DNA of 64,000 nt from Octopus sinensis (GCF_006345805.1 NC_043009.1:2666001-2730000); one strand, 5' to 3'; shown: positions 28,327 to 43,065, counted from the stretch's first letter. Notes: a model not told the origin generated them from the letters alone. A program made the numbers and translations.

Positions 28327-29029
28327 TTTGACCTTTAAATATTGGGAAAAAATGCGGATTATACACGAAAATTTACGGTATGTTCTTGCTCTATATCTTC
28401 TCACGACGTGCGGTAAAATGTTTCTTGTAACCAAGTATTGACGTTCTTTTTCTCGATTATATCTTCTCCGATTGATATGAATGTTGTACAGCCATTGTAT
28501 ACAGATGTTAGATCCTTCGCTTTCTCGTGAAACGTTCAGTTTCGTGTGTGATTAATGTCCTCTGTTTTTACATTATGAAAGTGAGGTTGGCACGTGTAGT
28601 GGTTGCTGTATTGTTTTAGCGCCTAATAAGTGAGTGATTGATGGACAATACGAGTGGACATAAAATGTAAGCGCGATGCTATCTGCTGACGAAGTTGCTT
28701 GCGGTGTACTGTTTCAATAGACGTCTAGGATGTAATGAACGTTTATGATATAAAAGAAGAGTTTCTTGTCGCTCTCGGCTCTAGAAATTCTGTATTCTAG
28801 TTGCATTATTTCAATGCAGAATGTCTTGCTGACAGCAAAACGTATTTCTGAATAAGGTTTATGTGATATTTCTTATGTTGTTATTTTATAATTATTTAAT
28901 AAGCGAGTACTGAGAAGAAACGACAAATTCCTGGCTTACTGGCTTGGATGGTCTACCTTTCTATATTTGAAAATATCTTTTGTTTTTTGTTGTTTCATCT
29001 TATAAAGGGCCGCCATGCAGGGGCGGCGT

Positions 29030-29400
29030 TGCGTTGTATTTTCAGTCAAACAAATCGACTGCAATAGTTTGTTTTTAAAGAATGGTATATATTCTGTCAG
29101 GCTCTTTTGCCGAACTGCTATGTTACAGGGTTTAAAGAAAACAGCACCGTTGTTAGACCGTGGGGAGAGTCAAATATAGTCACAAATCGCACTCGCACAC
29201 ACAGACACTCACACGCACACATACACACGTACGCGGGCTCACATATTTTTGACCGACATCTTCCAGTTTCCGTTTACCAAATCAAGCCAAACACTTCAGT
29301 CGGCCCGAGGTCATAGTAGAAACACTTGCATATATGCCACGCGATGTGACTATCTCCAGAAGCATGGCGTTAGGGAACAAACGCCATATAACTCGGCCAG
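29030..29400 (-). mobile_element. Degenerate family 1 SINE
   Basis: Retains CTCTTTTGCCGAACTGCTA, CAGTTTCCGTTTACCAAAT and GTCGGCCCGAGG blocks. Confidence 0.65.
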
Positions 29401-29445
29401 GCTTGCGCTTGGTTTCGGACGTTTCCGTAATATTTTTGAGTAGTT

Positions 29446-29660
29446 AAAGGCAGTGCGCTGGCAGAGTGGTTAGCACGCTGAGTAAAGTGCCATGCGCCAT
29501 TTTGTCCATCTTTACGTCCTGGGTTCAAATGCCGTCGGGCTTGATTTTATCCTTCATCCTTTCCGGGTCGATAAAATTAGTACAACTTGAATATTGCAGT
29601 CGACAAAATCGACTTGACAACTCTCCCTCGAAATTGCAGGCCTCGTGCCAAAATTTGAGA
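29446..29660 (+). mobile_element. tRNA-derived SINE, family 2
   Basis: GGCAGTGCGCTGGCAGAGTGGTTAGCACG..GGGTTCAAATGCC..TTCATCCTTTCCGGGTCGATAAAATTAGTAC is homologous to 63222-63438. Confidence 0.75.
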
Positions 29661-30449
29661 TCAATGTTTTCGAGGTGTATGGTAGATATGTATAGTAGTG
29701 TACTGAATCGATATTCCTAGTTAGAATCAGAAATATCTTGGTTGGTAACAGCAAAGGTGTCAAACGTAGGATTTGCTTATGGCGGCAAATAAAGAGCCCC
29801 TTTTATGTTTGAAGATTTTGGTGATTTGCTTGCGATGGTACAAAGATTTATAGATAGCCCTGACGGCAATTATGCTGATTTGTGTTGTGCTTTGAGGAAA
29901 TAATGCTTTCTATTATTGGTCCATGTTGAGTGGAAAGAAAGACACAAGAAGAAATTCTGCTGGAATGCGGATATTGTGCACGACGTTTTCCTTGTAGTAA
30001 GAAGGATAAAGCTGATGAGAGTTGTAACTACTTTGTATTACGTTTTATTGCGTCTCCTCGCTTATTTTGTGACTTATGTTGATTACAATCTTCACCCAAT
30101 TTTCAGCTTCTTCTTTTTTGTTTTTTTGTTTTTTTGTTCTTCCAGATAATTTCTTTGTTGTTTCCTAGCTTAGTTGATTCGTTTTGAGATTTATTTATGG
30201 TGTGGTGCAATGATGGTGTGCTCGGTTTTAAATTATTCCCAAGCGTTTTCTACGTTGTTTATGCCATTTAATGTCGCTCATATGATAAGCACACGCACAC
30301 ACATATATGTATACACACACACACACGCATATATATATATCAATGTATGTATGCATGCATGTATATATATATATACATACATAAACACACGCACAAACAC
30401 GCTCGCACGCATATATATGGGTATGTATGTATATATATATATATGTATG

Positions 30450-30483
<34 letters not shown>

Positions 30484-30484
30484 C

Positions 30485-30612
<128 letters not shown>

Positions 30613-30624
30613 GTATATATATAT

Positions 30625-30667
<43 letters not shown>

Positions 30668-31379
30668 GCGTGTGTGTGTTTCGACTCCACGGACACTTTT
30701 AGATATATAACAAACGACGTTTGCTCTTCAGAAAATATATTCCAATATACGTCACAACTTTACAGCTTTTGCATTACTATGCAGGCATACACGCATCAAT
30801 GCATACACATATATATGCACGCATACATACAAACACACATACACACACATGCTCACACACACACGCAAACACACACACATATATATATATGTGTTTGTGT
30901 GTATGTATGCATGGGTGCATGCTTCACTTGTGTCTGCCTCTGTGTCTGTGTGTGTGTGTTTATTCTAATTCTTTAGTGTGTAAACTTAGCTTATTGGCGG
31001 CGTTCATATTTGTCAACAGTAATCTGATATTTCATGCCATGTGTTTCTGCTGTCTCAGTGTCATGTTGATGTTTGTGGTGATGTTGGCAAGACGTTTTGA
31101 GAAATAATCTCCCGTGTATTGCATTAGCGGAATGCACTGAATAGAAAGCGATATTCGCGGAGTCTCTAGTGAAATTTAAAATTGTTAAATATCGCGGTGT
31201 CCATGGTTTTATAATAAAACGAACGTTTATAGATGTTCAGTTGCGAATCTGTGGTTGCAGCTCTCATGTTATCTGCGTTGGTCATTTACCGTATCGTTTT
31301 GAAAGTATTGAACTATCGCCTAATGTTTGTGTTTGCGTATATGTACCAATGTCTCTATGTGCGGGCGCGTAACTTAGGG

Positions 31380-31660
31380 CTTGTGGTATTCGGCTCAAAA
31401 GCGTAAGGTTGTGTCCTTAAGCAAGGTACTTTTTTCACGTTTCTCCAGCCTACGCAGTTCGCAAAATGTGTGGTACCGTCATTTCAAAAGACTAGCCTAG
31501 TGATACCCTGCGTCATGTTGAATCTTTTTGAGAAATACGTTAAGCGTACGCATGTTTACGGAGTCATCGGCCAGTTGCGCGTTCATTCCACGACCTACCT
31601 GTACCGGTGGACAGATCAACTGTATCCCTCTTCGTCGTAACTGACGGAAAGCCAGTTTTA
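31380..31660 (+). mobile_element. Degenerate SINE-like repeat (third family)
   Basis: The TTGTGTCCTTAAGCAAGGTACTT post-head motif and 3' GATCAACTGTATCCCTCTTCGTCGTAACTGACGG resemble an octopus SINE from recall. Single copy in the window. Confidence 0.45.
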
Positions 31661-31901
31661 ATGCTTCGTGTTGTCAGCTTTTTTTATTCACATTTCTCTT
31701 ATGTTTGCTATTGCTATTACATTTTGCTTGGCATTTGATATATCTGCGTAATGTATCAATATAGTTATATGTAACTGAAGTGCGTGTTGGTTGCGAAGCA
31801 ACACTTCTAGTGTCTGTGGAACTTGAAAATACTGCCAATGATTCCTCAAAATAAATGAGTAATGCGATTCACAGTTCTATATTTAAGAGATGAGGAATTA
31901 T

Positions 31902-32041
31902 GTACATCATTTACATTATTTACATTATTTACATTCGGTGGATATTTATCCTCATCTTGTTTGTTGTTATACCTTCCAGCCTTCTTCAGGTGTCTTGGCG
32001 AAATTTCGAACCTGGATTCTCATTCCTAAAGTATTTTTCGA

Positions 32042-32113
<72 letters not shown>

Positions 32114-32320
32114 GGTCACTGCCTGGAATCGAACTTGGATCTTGGGGTTATTAGCCCGAGCTCTTAACCACTACCCCATCGAAAAATACCTTAGGATTGA
32201 GAACCCAGGTTCGAAATTTCCCCAAGACACCTGAAGAAGGCTGGAGGGTATATCAGCCGAAACGTTATGTTAACAACAAACAAGAATAATGTAAATAATG
32301 TAAATAATATAAATAATGTA
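31902..32320 (-). mobile_element. tRNA-headed, (AAT)n-spaced, hammerhead-bearing element (family H) with inverted partial copy
   Basis: Minus strand: head 32176-32112, (AAT)n, body 32042-31935, AATGTAAAT tail. Plus strand 32178-32320 is an inverted body copy with a complete HHR. Homologous locus at 60775-61225. Confidence 0.85.
32226..32271 (+). ncRNA. Minimal type-I hammerhead ribozyme motif
   Basis: GACAC-CTGAAGA-A-GGCTG-GAGGGTATAT-CAGCC-GAAA-CG-T-T^ATGTT: intact CUGANGA/GAAA core, perfect 5-bp stem II and palindromic ACGU stem III. One stem I mismatch. Confidence 0.8.
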
Positions 32321-34801
32321 TTGGACCAATTTATTCTTTTGGCAACTGAACTATTTCCCCTCAGAGTTAGCTTAATTTGAGCGGACATTGATAAAACTAT
32401 TTCTAGTTAATAGCACTTCATACTTTATCTTTTTTATATCTTCAAGTCTTTGTCCTACGTAAAAATTCCTTTTACTTTAACTTTGAGATAACAGTGTCTG
32501 ATTTTACCGCTATTACGTGAAGATTCCCTATCGGAGATGTTCATTTGTAGTTTCGTGTCTGCGTCTTTAGTTTGCAAATTTTCCTGCGAAGCTGCTGTAT
32601 GCTGTGATTTTATATTTGCTTTGTGAATTTGTATTATTTTGTTTTGTTTATCTTACGTAGGCAAACAGTTTACAAATGGGATCTTATATTTAACGCGATT
32701 AGCATCCAGTATAATTGTTGTTTAGAATCATTCGGCAACGGATGATCGATGTATTTTCCTAAATAAATTCGCTCAGAGTTGAGGCTTCGTCGTTTGACCA
32801 TCATTATTGTTTTCCTTATCTACTTTCCCTCTTTCTCTGTATATTAGAGTATGGTTAGGTTATCAAGTATATTCATGCATTTTAAGCTGTTACTATGAAT
32901 GCAGTTTCTATCAGGCAAAGTGAATGCTTACAGCCTCTCGAGTCGGCTTGATTAATGAGGTTTAATGTAATATGAGATACAGCGACTATTTGCTGTTGCA
33001 TTTGCATCAATTACGGTTCTTTTTCTTTTCATCGTCGTTGTTACTGACATTGTTATTATTATTACTGAGCTCATTTTATTTAATTTCCTTCCAAGCAGCC
33101 GTGAGAACCATAAAAACAGCCTTTGTTATTTCTGTATGAACCCTCTTATACAATTCACAACAACGTTAATCTGTTTGTTTTCTAATACAATATTTCAATA
33201 TAACTCTGTCATACGATAAAAATTTCGTAAGAAAATTTCCCCATTTTCCCTTTCATATGAGGTTATTTCGTGCATAGCAAAGTGAACCCATTGTTGAATT
33301 GAATTTACTATAAGCCATTTTCTCAATAACCTCTAATCACGTATCTTACTCTAAATGATCTTCGCATGGGTAGTCTGGTCTGAATCTCACAACAAATTCA
33401 ATATATTGCGTTTCAGTTATAAAAGTTCTTAATGCTTAACGCATTAAAATTCACCTGAACAAGGTGGATATTTTATTAAATATAAATCATTGTTATTTAT
33501 ATAATTCACTACTTTTCTTACAGCTACTGAAAATATTTTCTTTTTGTGTCATTTATATGAGACTACATGGTTACAAGCAGTCAGACAAGATCTCTAGTAT
33601 GAAGTTCCTTTGTCTTTCCTGCATTATCGAATTCATGTAAAATATAAAGCATCATTGTGCTTCTGCTTGTAGTTAAGCTATCTAAATTAACGGAGTAGGT
33701 GTACAGAAAATATTTGCTACCAGAAAATGATGCACACTATTGACTTGTAAATGTTTGATATACTTGGCGGTATATTTGGTTGCAAAACTAAAGACTCTGT
33801 CCATGTCAGTAATTGATACGTTGCCAGGAAAATGCTTAATATGTAAATTTGCACCCTATTTACACTGATAGTGTGTATTTAAGCAATTAGCGAGTGGATA
33901 GTTGATGATTTGGGTGTGGTGCTGATGAAAGAGCAATAATGTTTGAAATGTGTATATACACCCATTAACCATTTTTTCTATTTCTGATTGCATTGTTTAT
34001 GTAGAAGTATCCGTATGAGAAGCATCGTAGATTGCACGGCTGGCTATGAGTTCTGTAGAAAGTCTATAGGGATGAACATAAGTGAGAATATCGCACTGCT
34101 AATAAAAATAAGGCACATTATTGATATATAAAACTTTAATCCTTTAATATACTTGGTAATATATTATGATAAAAAAAAGTATATACTGTGTCCTTACAAG
34201 CAATTAGTTAGCAAATATTTAGCATATCTAGTTTGAAATCAATCAACTAATTAATTAACTACTGCCATATAGGGAATGTTCTGGATAAGGAATTACATAT
34301 TTGCACGAGTAAAAAAATAATTATAACTAATTATATTTATTCCAGTCACATTTTTTTCTTTCCATGCCGCTTTCGGTTTTACGCTTCTTGTCTATATATC
34401 CATTATTCCATCCTTCTCTTTCTCTCCTTCTCTTTCTCTTTTTCTCTCTCTATCTCTCTATCTATCTATTTTCTATGCACACTCATACGCATATAATAAA
34501 CATAATCCACAATAATGGCAGGCAAATAATAGTACAAAGTAATTGAAGAATACGTAACACGTAAAACGCCCAATGCATTGGAATTATTTATATTCAAGCT
34601 GAGAGCATTTTTCTACTACCTATCTTGGTGGTTGAGATTTTTTCAGCTGTTATATAAACACCGAGGATTGCCTTAGCTATAAATTTTGAGTAATGTAAAA
34701 GTAGTTAACTTTAACAATAATGTATACGCATTTACACATCGCCACACGCCGCCAATACATATATACATACATACATACACACATACATACATACATACAT
34801 A

Positions 34802-34875
<74 letters not shown>

Positions 34876-34963
34876 ACATATAATATGATATATGCATATA
34901 AGATACATATATATACACATGTATATATATATATGCCTATATATACGTATATAATTTATAAGC

Positions 34964-34999
<36 letters not shown>

Positions 35000-36372
35000 G
35001 TACATATATACACATTCATATATATACAATATGACATATGCATATAAGATACATATATATACATATGTATATATATATGCCTATATATACATATACGTAT
35101 AGGTATATGTATATGTATATATGTATATATATAATATACATATATACGTATGTAACTTATAAAGTATATATATATATGTGTGTGTGTGTGTATAATTCAG
35201 TTAATGTTGCAAAAGTATATTAAAACTGTTAGATATGATATACTTTTATGGTATTGTGCTAAGTATATTGATTTCGTTTCCACTAAGTACTTGGACACAA
35301 TTTTGTGCGAACGGTTAGAGAAAAGAAATTGAATCGACTGTAATAAATACGACGTACTTATTTTATCGACTCTTAAACGTAGTTAGGAAAAATCGACTGC
35401 AGCTAGAATTCGAAAGACGTAAAGATACGAGATAAAGCATGGTAATTTATGTATCCAGATTTTCTTGGTTTGAAAACTGTAGTAATGTCATCATATACAT
35501 ACGCTGCAAAGAATTAGAGTTTAGCAGACTATTCAAATATTGTCATATTTCTTCTATTCGACAAAATAATAGTCTGTTCCGAAAACAGTTTTATTCTTCA
35601 GATTTTTATTACCGTTGTCTGTGTGAGACTAATCAGAATCTATATATCAGTAAACGGAAATAATTCGTTTTTAGCGTTGTCTTTATTTGAAACAAAATTC
35701 TTTACTAATGCCAGAAATATAGTGTGTGTGTTTTTGTTTGTGTGTGCATATGTGTGTGTGTGTGTGTGAGTTTGTATGTATGTATATTTTGTTTCAACCA
35801 GCATTAACAGGCCAAGTGTCGACGAGGGCAAAGGAAAAGCGGCAGCAGATATATCACGTGCACTGACTCGTAATCCCAACATCTGCGGACTGCTTTGAAA
35901 ATCCTTGGCGGGACTCGAATGTCACATTCAACATAGGCACTACGATTGACAAAAAGACAGTAGGTTGTCGGATCCTCATGCGTCAAAACCGACAGAAAAG
36001 TCCATTACATCTGATGGTACGATTTCTCTGTTAATTAGCTTTTGAAACTGACGTATGTATTTAAGTATAGTAATTTATCGATCACAGTATCTCTGTTAAG
36101 TCGCGAGACTCTTTTCACTCTCATTCTATAAAGCGAGACACTTCGAACGTGCTTCTACGTTTAAGCACGTACATACAGCAGATGTTTACATAACTTGATC
36201 ATGCAGGTTATAATAGATGATAAGTTTTTATTCAAATCTTGGTACAAGACGAAGATATTCAAAGAGTAAATGGAATTTCTTTTCTTGCCTTCTATTATAC
36301 GTGAACATATTTCTCACTTCATTAGTAACTCTTTCTCTCTCTGCGTCTTTATCTCTCCCTATACATAATTTC

Positions 36373-36411
<39 letters not shown>

Positions 36412-36480
36412 TATGTATATGTATATGGATATATATATATATTATATATATGTATACATATATATATATGTATATATATA

Positions 36481-36537
<57 letters not shown>

Positions 36538-36581
36538 ATATATATATATATGTATATATAAATATAAATATATATATATAT

Positions 36582-36704
<123 letters not shown>

Positions 36705-37126
36705 AATTACGACCGCTGAAAGGGCATACCTGCTGTTAAGGTCACCATAAACCAGAAAATTAACCAAAACATAGAATCATCTAAATGCAAGCCCAATTTC
36801 AATTCTACATCGATTTAATTTATATACGCAGTTGATGGCCTTGAAATGGAATAGCATTGCATCAATCGATACCTATCAAAAGAAAGCATGTTTGCTTCAA
36901 GTGCGCTTGCTTAGACTCAAACAGAATGACATGCTTACACGTAAACAAAGAAACAGAACATCAAACGCACATACATACACACAATTTAGAGCTATGGTGT
37001 TAGCTGGTAAATACAGCGTAAAACAATGTAAACACCATAGTTATATGTACATGTGATAAACACTCACCCTGTTTGAACACAAATACTAAAAACATATATG
37101 CATTGGTGCATACATACATACATACA

Positions 37127-37159
<33 letters not shown>

Positions 37160-37368
37160 GTACGTACCTACATCTACATGTATATATACATGCATATATA
37201 AATATATAAACGTGAGTACAGGACACCACAAATAGACGTAGAACTCAACGAGAAACGAAAACGGAAAAACAGGCATGGAACAAACCATTTTTTACAACAG
37301 AAAAACAGAGTACAAGACAAACTACACAAGGAAAAATCCCCTTCATCAGCTGTCCCTAGTTCAACTAT

Positions 37369-37412
<44 letters not shown>

Positions 37413-37413
<1 letters not shown>

Positions 37414-39169
37414 CATTATTGGTGAATTGAAGAAATGGAGCTGAACGCAGATTGAACAGAAATCGTTTTATTTCATTCTACACGTGTTTCGAAAGGCACA
37501 AATTACCAAAATCCGATTGAATAATGGGACCATATTGTGTCTTTCTCTTCAGGAAGAAAAAAGGAAATCCGTTGGAAAAACAAAAACAGAACAGAGGCGG
37601 AGCAAAAACAAATAGAACTATGCTCCTAAGAGCCCATGGCGAAACTGTTTATCAGTGTATGTTGAGAACCGGTGGCTGAAGAATTCAAGGGGTCAGGCAT
37701 CGGTCAATCATGTGGGTGAGGGTGTATAGATGTTCTTTGTGACCGAGAATAAAGTTCTGACTATTTAAGGAATATTGGATGTTTTATAAGGGGCGAGAAA
37801 AAATCTACTTAGAGACGTGTGTGTGTGTGTATACTGTGTATATATGTGTGTTGGTGTAGGGGTAGAAAACATTTTTGTGTACGTGTGTGCGTTTGATCGT
37901 TCGGCTGTCAGTGGCTACTGCCGTGAGAACCGTTGGGTGGCAGAAAGAAAAAAAAATATATATATTATGTTTTATGTGTGTGTGTGTTCATCTAAGCCTG
38001 CCTTGTCAAGGAAACCCCCCGCTGTGAAAAAACCAAGCCCCGTTTGTCTTACAGGAGTAATTCCCCTTGCAGTGGTTAATCGTTAGTAGATATCTTAAAG
38101 GCTATTTCAGAGTTTGTTACCAAGGGCTAGGGTGCCGGTATTATTATAAACGCTATTTAAAAGCCAGATAAGTGTAACGCCGCCAATGGGGGCATCGAAA
38201 AGCCGACTGTAAAAGCCCGTTTACCATCCGGCCTCTGGCAAACAAAATATGGAAGAGTTCGGAGACACAAAGGTTGCACTGTCTTCTGCCCCTATCAAAT
38301 GGGAGGGCCACCGACAAAATTGACCATTCCAGCCTATAGCTTAAGTTCGTATCCTTCAGTCGCCATATTAGCTTACTGAGTCCCGTGGTCTGGCGCTTGT
38401 TCATGTCCCGAAAAGTTGCGTAATGGTTGGAGACACGCAAAGACAATCTTGAGGATGATGCCCCTACATAAGTGAAGACATCTGAGTCCGTGTAAACCTT
38501 GCATTGGTAGACGGCGTTTTTGATCTTGGAGTTCGCCGACGTGAATCTTATTCTGCTAGGATTAGTTTCTGAAATTAGAACTGCGTTCCTGTCACTATAT
38601 TCGTTCCGAGACCTGCAGCCGCTTACTACTCTATTTTCCACTACGTCACTATTAACTATAGGAATAACCCCTGATTCTCCACTATCTATCAGAGTGCTGT
38701 CATTGCTACTGCCCGTGGTGCTGCTATTGCGGGAAATGATGCTGGGGATGCTATTGGGCTCTTACCCTACTCCCATGTTACCGTCAACCACAACACCCCT
38801 ATTTAACTATACCCCTAGTGGGTACTCCTGGCTGGAGCTGAGATTATGTGTCACTGTACTGGCTCTCATATCATTATTACTACTATAATTATTCCTACTG
38901 AGCATTAAACCGGGAGCGGAAGAGGCTGTGCCTCCGGAAAAGGGTGATAGGGTCTTAGTAAGTAGCCTATTATTATGGGAGGCGATTATCTGGGCGAGGA
39001 TTCTAGTGTTGGAGAAAGCTATCCTAACTTTATGCGAGTTGACCGTGGAGTAATATTTGGAATTTCTGGGGAAGTTATTGGCGATGGCTTGTCTAAAACA
39101 TGAGGGGGGGAGGTTAGTTCTAATCTGCTTACCAAGGGGATTACAAACCATATATGCTTATTCCTATCA

Positions 39170-39170
<1 letters not shown>
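37413..39170 (-). mobile_element. 5'-truncated Penelope-like element (RT C-terminus, GIY-YIG, 3' UTR/pLTR with hammerhead) between (TA)n tracts
   Basis: RNKHIWF/NPLGKQIRTNL..NNFPRNSKYYSTVNSHKVRIAFSN..IIASHNNRLL (PLE WFNPP..HFP..KISYS..HN motif). ORF 38153-38641 has VYQCKV..TYVGASS..RVSNHYATFR..LSKLIWRLKD..QCNLCVSE. Confidence 0.92.
37471..37560 (-). ncRNA. Type-I hammerhead ribozyme motif in PLE 3' end
   Basis: TTTTCTTC-CTGAAGA-GAAAG(ACACAA..TTGTGC)CTTTC-GAAA-CACGTG-T-A^GAATGAAA: canonical core, palindromic ACACGUGU stem III, 7/8-bp stem I. Confidence 0.85.
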
Positions 39171-39210
<40 letters not shown>

Positions 39211-39980
39211 TACGTACATTCATACATGTATAATATTGCAAGAAGTATAAATATAGAGTAGTGGTACAACAAGGCAGCAATATTTACTAGAAATAGCAGT
39301 CGATACATATACGACGCTATAGTAAAGGTTCACTGCGTATATTCTTTTATTCTTTTATACTTTTCAGCTCTAAGGTTGTGGACATGCAGGGGCACCGTCA
39401 GTTATTCTACTTAGACATACACACATATATACACAATTATTTACTGAGGCATATGAATATAGGCTTATGTGAATATGGAAATGTAGATACATGTATATGT
39501 GTGCGTGTGTAGGTGATGGACGTTGGTGTACTTTATGCCACTTTTCCTTTCCCATTCGTTATTATTACAATTTAGATCGGAGTTTTCTTTCATTTCATTG
39601 TCAGGGGAACACTTTCAAAGAATTCCTTTAATATTCGTGCCAAAGAGTTTTGTAAGAATATCCAGAATTTCTTTGATCATCTCGCCTTATTAAATACATC
39701 ACTGGTGTTAAATTGTATCCACCAATTTTTGTGTGATGATTTTTAACAACCAAGCGAATGGACACTAAAGTCCCACTTTTAATCCCAAAATTTCCTCAGA
39801 TTGATATAAATGCATATCATTTGAATAACCCTTACTTTTATTTCAATCTATTTTTCTTTTTCTTTTTTTCCTTTTTGCATATTTTTAATGTAGCTCTTTC
39901 ATGTTTGCGATTTTCTCGCTATTATGATGTATTTGAAAGTTACGACAACAGAAGTGGAAGGAAATCGGAGAATATACTTA

Positions 39981-40470
<490 letters not shown>

Positions 40471-41476
40471 TTAGGAACAGAAGCATATATCTCAACGTGA
40501 AATTCTATAAGTAGTTCAGTGGAAGTTTATACCTTGAATGATGGCAGCATCTCTCTCTTCGTTTTCCAGTATACCTACATCCTACACTAGATATACTCCT
40601 TCACTGTATTTTGCAAAAGCATTTGTTCAAATGTTTTGTACACTTCGTCATTATTTTCCTATACACTTTAAAGCAGCGGAAGGGAAATCAAAGTATATGA
40701 GGCCAATTTTGGTGTTTATACATCGTTGAATACCCGTGCATCTTACTCTTTGTCTGTATGGCATCCTGCTGCGAATGATACAAAATAGACTCCTTCCTTT
40801 CACTTTTTACCAAATTATTAACATATATTCTCTATGAACATAAGGCGGGTTGCAGTAAGCATTATAACCGCTGTAAGGTATTCGACAGTTGCTTCGAGTC
40901 CATTTGATTCTATTAACAAGTGAAGTTCATTAGATGTGATGTAGTTGTGTCTACTAGCTATGGTATAACAAAAAATCTTGATAAAACGTTCGGACAGAAC
41001 TTCGTGTTGTGTACAAGAACAAGAAACATCGTCTCTTAGTATCCCAGTAAAAGATAAATACCAGCAGTCAGCCTAAGAGTGGAAAGAAACTTGAGGCTGG
41101 ATTGCGTCCCGTTTATATGCATGATGTGTATTCTTGGTCACGTAATAATAAACACTACGTTTTTCCTGCGGTATCCAAAATAGTCTACCACAGGGCACCG
41201 CGGCGGCACTCTTTCACTCTACATCATATAGTTTCACACGTGCGCAGTCCCTGCGGTTTTTCTGTCACGCTAAACCAAAGCCGAGTCTAAGGTTCACACG
41301 CGGTGACTGGGTGGGCAGAATTCAAAGTGCAACGATGTCTTGCCGTTGTGTAAAACCTTCAACGATATACATGTATAAGAAAAATAGATAAACAGAAAAA
41401 TAGATAGGTACATAAAAAAATAGATAAATATATAGATAGACAAATATATATGTATATATATATATATATATAGATA

Positions 41477-41641
41477 GGCGTAGGAGCGGCTGTGTGGTAA
41501 GTAGCTTGTTTACCAACCACATGGTTCCGGGTTCAGTCCCACTGCGTGGCACCTTGGGCAAGTGTCTTCTACTATAGCGTCGGGCCGAGCAAGGCCTTGT
41601 GAGTGGATTTGGTAGACGGAAACTGAAAGAAGCCCGTCGTA

Positions 41642-41672
<31 letters not shown>

Positions 41673-41890
41673 GCGTGTGTGTGTTTGTGTGTCTGTGTTT
41701 GTCCCCCTAGCATTGCTTGACAACCGGTGCTGGGGTGTTTATGTCCACGTTACTTAGCGGTTCGGCAAAAGAGACCGATAGAATAAGTACTGGGCTTACA
41801 AAAGAATAAGTCCCGGGGTCGAGTTGCTCGATTAAAGGCAGTGCTCCAGCATGGCCGCAGTCAAAAGACTGAAACAAGTAAAAGAGTAAA
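41477..41890 (+). mobile_element. Family 1 tRNA-derived SINE, well preserved
   Basis: GGCGTAGGAGCGGCTGTGTGGTAAGTAGCTTG..GGTTCCGGGTTCAGTCCCACTGCG head, internal (TA)n(TG)n, tail ..CAGCATGGCCGCAGTCAAAAGACTGAAACAAGTAAAAGAGTAAAA. Confidence 0.92.
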
Positions 41891-42267
41891 ATGTATATAT
41901 ATATATATAGAGAGAGAGAGGGGGGAAGAGAGAGGGAGGGAGAGAGAGACTGATAAATAGATTGATTGATGCAAATTTAGATAGAAAAATAAATAAAAGT
42001 GAGGATAGATGGATTGATGGATGGATGAACTGATGGGCGGCCGGATGATAGGATATTCAGGTAAACTGATAGACTCACAGGTGGAATTGATAACGTCTGA
42101 ACTGTCTTGGAGATACTGACTAACACGTAAACACAAAACCTTAATAAACATACAAACATATTCACACATACACACATATATACAAACACACATGATATGT
42201 ATGTATGTCTGTCTGTATGTATGTATGTGTGTATGTATGTGTATATATATATATATATTTATATATA

Positions 42268-42304
<37 letters not shown>

Positions 42305-42879
42305 CATATATATGTGCCTGTGTGAATTCAAAAATCTCCAATTGGCGTGCTGAGTGCTGATGATATCACAAGTGAGATATGCTGGACGCCATTTTCTTCG
42401 GACGTGATGTCAAACCAGACAGCAGTAATTGATTAGGACTGCAAGTATAACATTCTGTGATAATTTTATAAGCCCGTAGCGAAGTGTCGCTTATTGGTAA
42501 TACATTATTTGCAATTCATGTAAATGGAGAATATTTTAAATCATTTTGGTTAACAATATAAATCAAGAGTTAACTCCAGTCTTTAAACGACCAATGTGAT
42601 TCAGTTATTATTTAAAAATCCTTTTTATGTGAAATATGAATACGTTGAAAATATGTTTACGAAATGACTCACACGAATTGACGTAGATTCGCTAAGGCTG
42701 TAAACGGTGCACAAGATTATTACATTATTTCAGTTAGACACTTCCTTTATTTTATTAAGAAGATCAGATATTAAATATTTTCTAGCATACAAAGATATGA
42801 TGAAAAGGTGTGCACTGAGGACGCATAGTACTAAGACGGTATCTCGGATATTGCAATAAGGTACACGACAATAGTAATT

Positions 42880-42975
42880 ATGGATAATAATGACATTAAT
42901 ATTAATGACAAGAAGAAGAACAATAGGAGCAACAAGAACAACAACGATAGTAATAATAATAATGATAATAATAAC

Positions 42976-43065
<90 letters not shown>

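Noticed and set aside
37335-37360. GACAG-CTGATGA-AGGGG (minus strand) hammerhead 5' half
   Set aside because: No GAAA or stem III follows. At most a deleted remnant.
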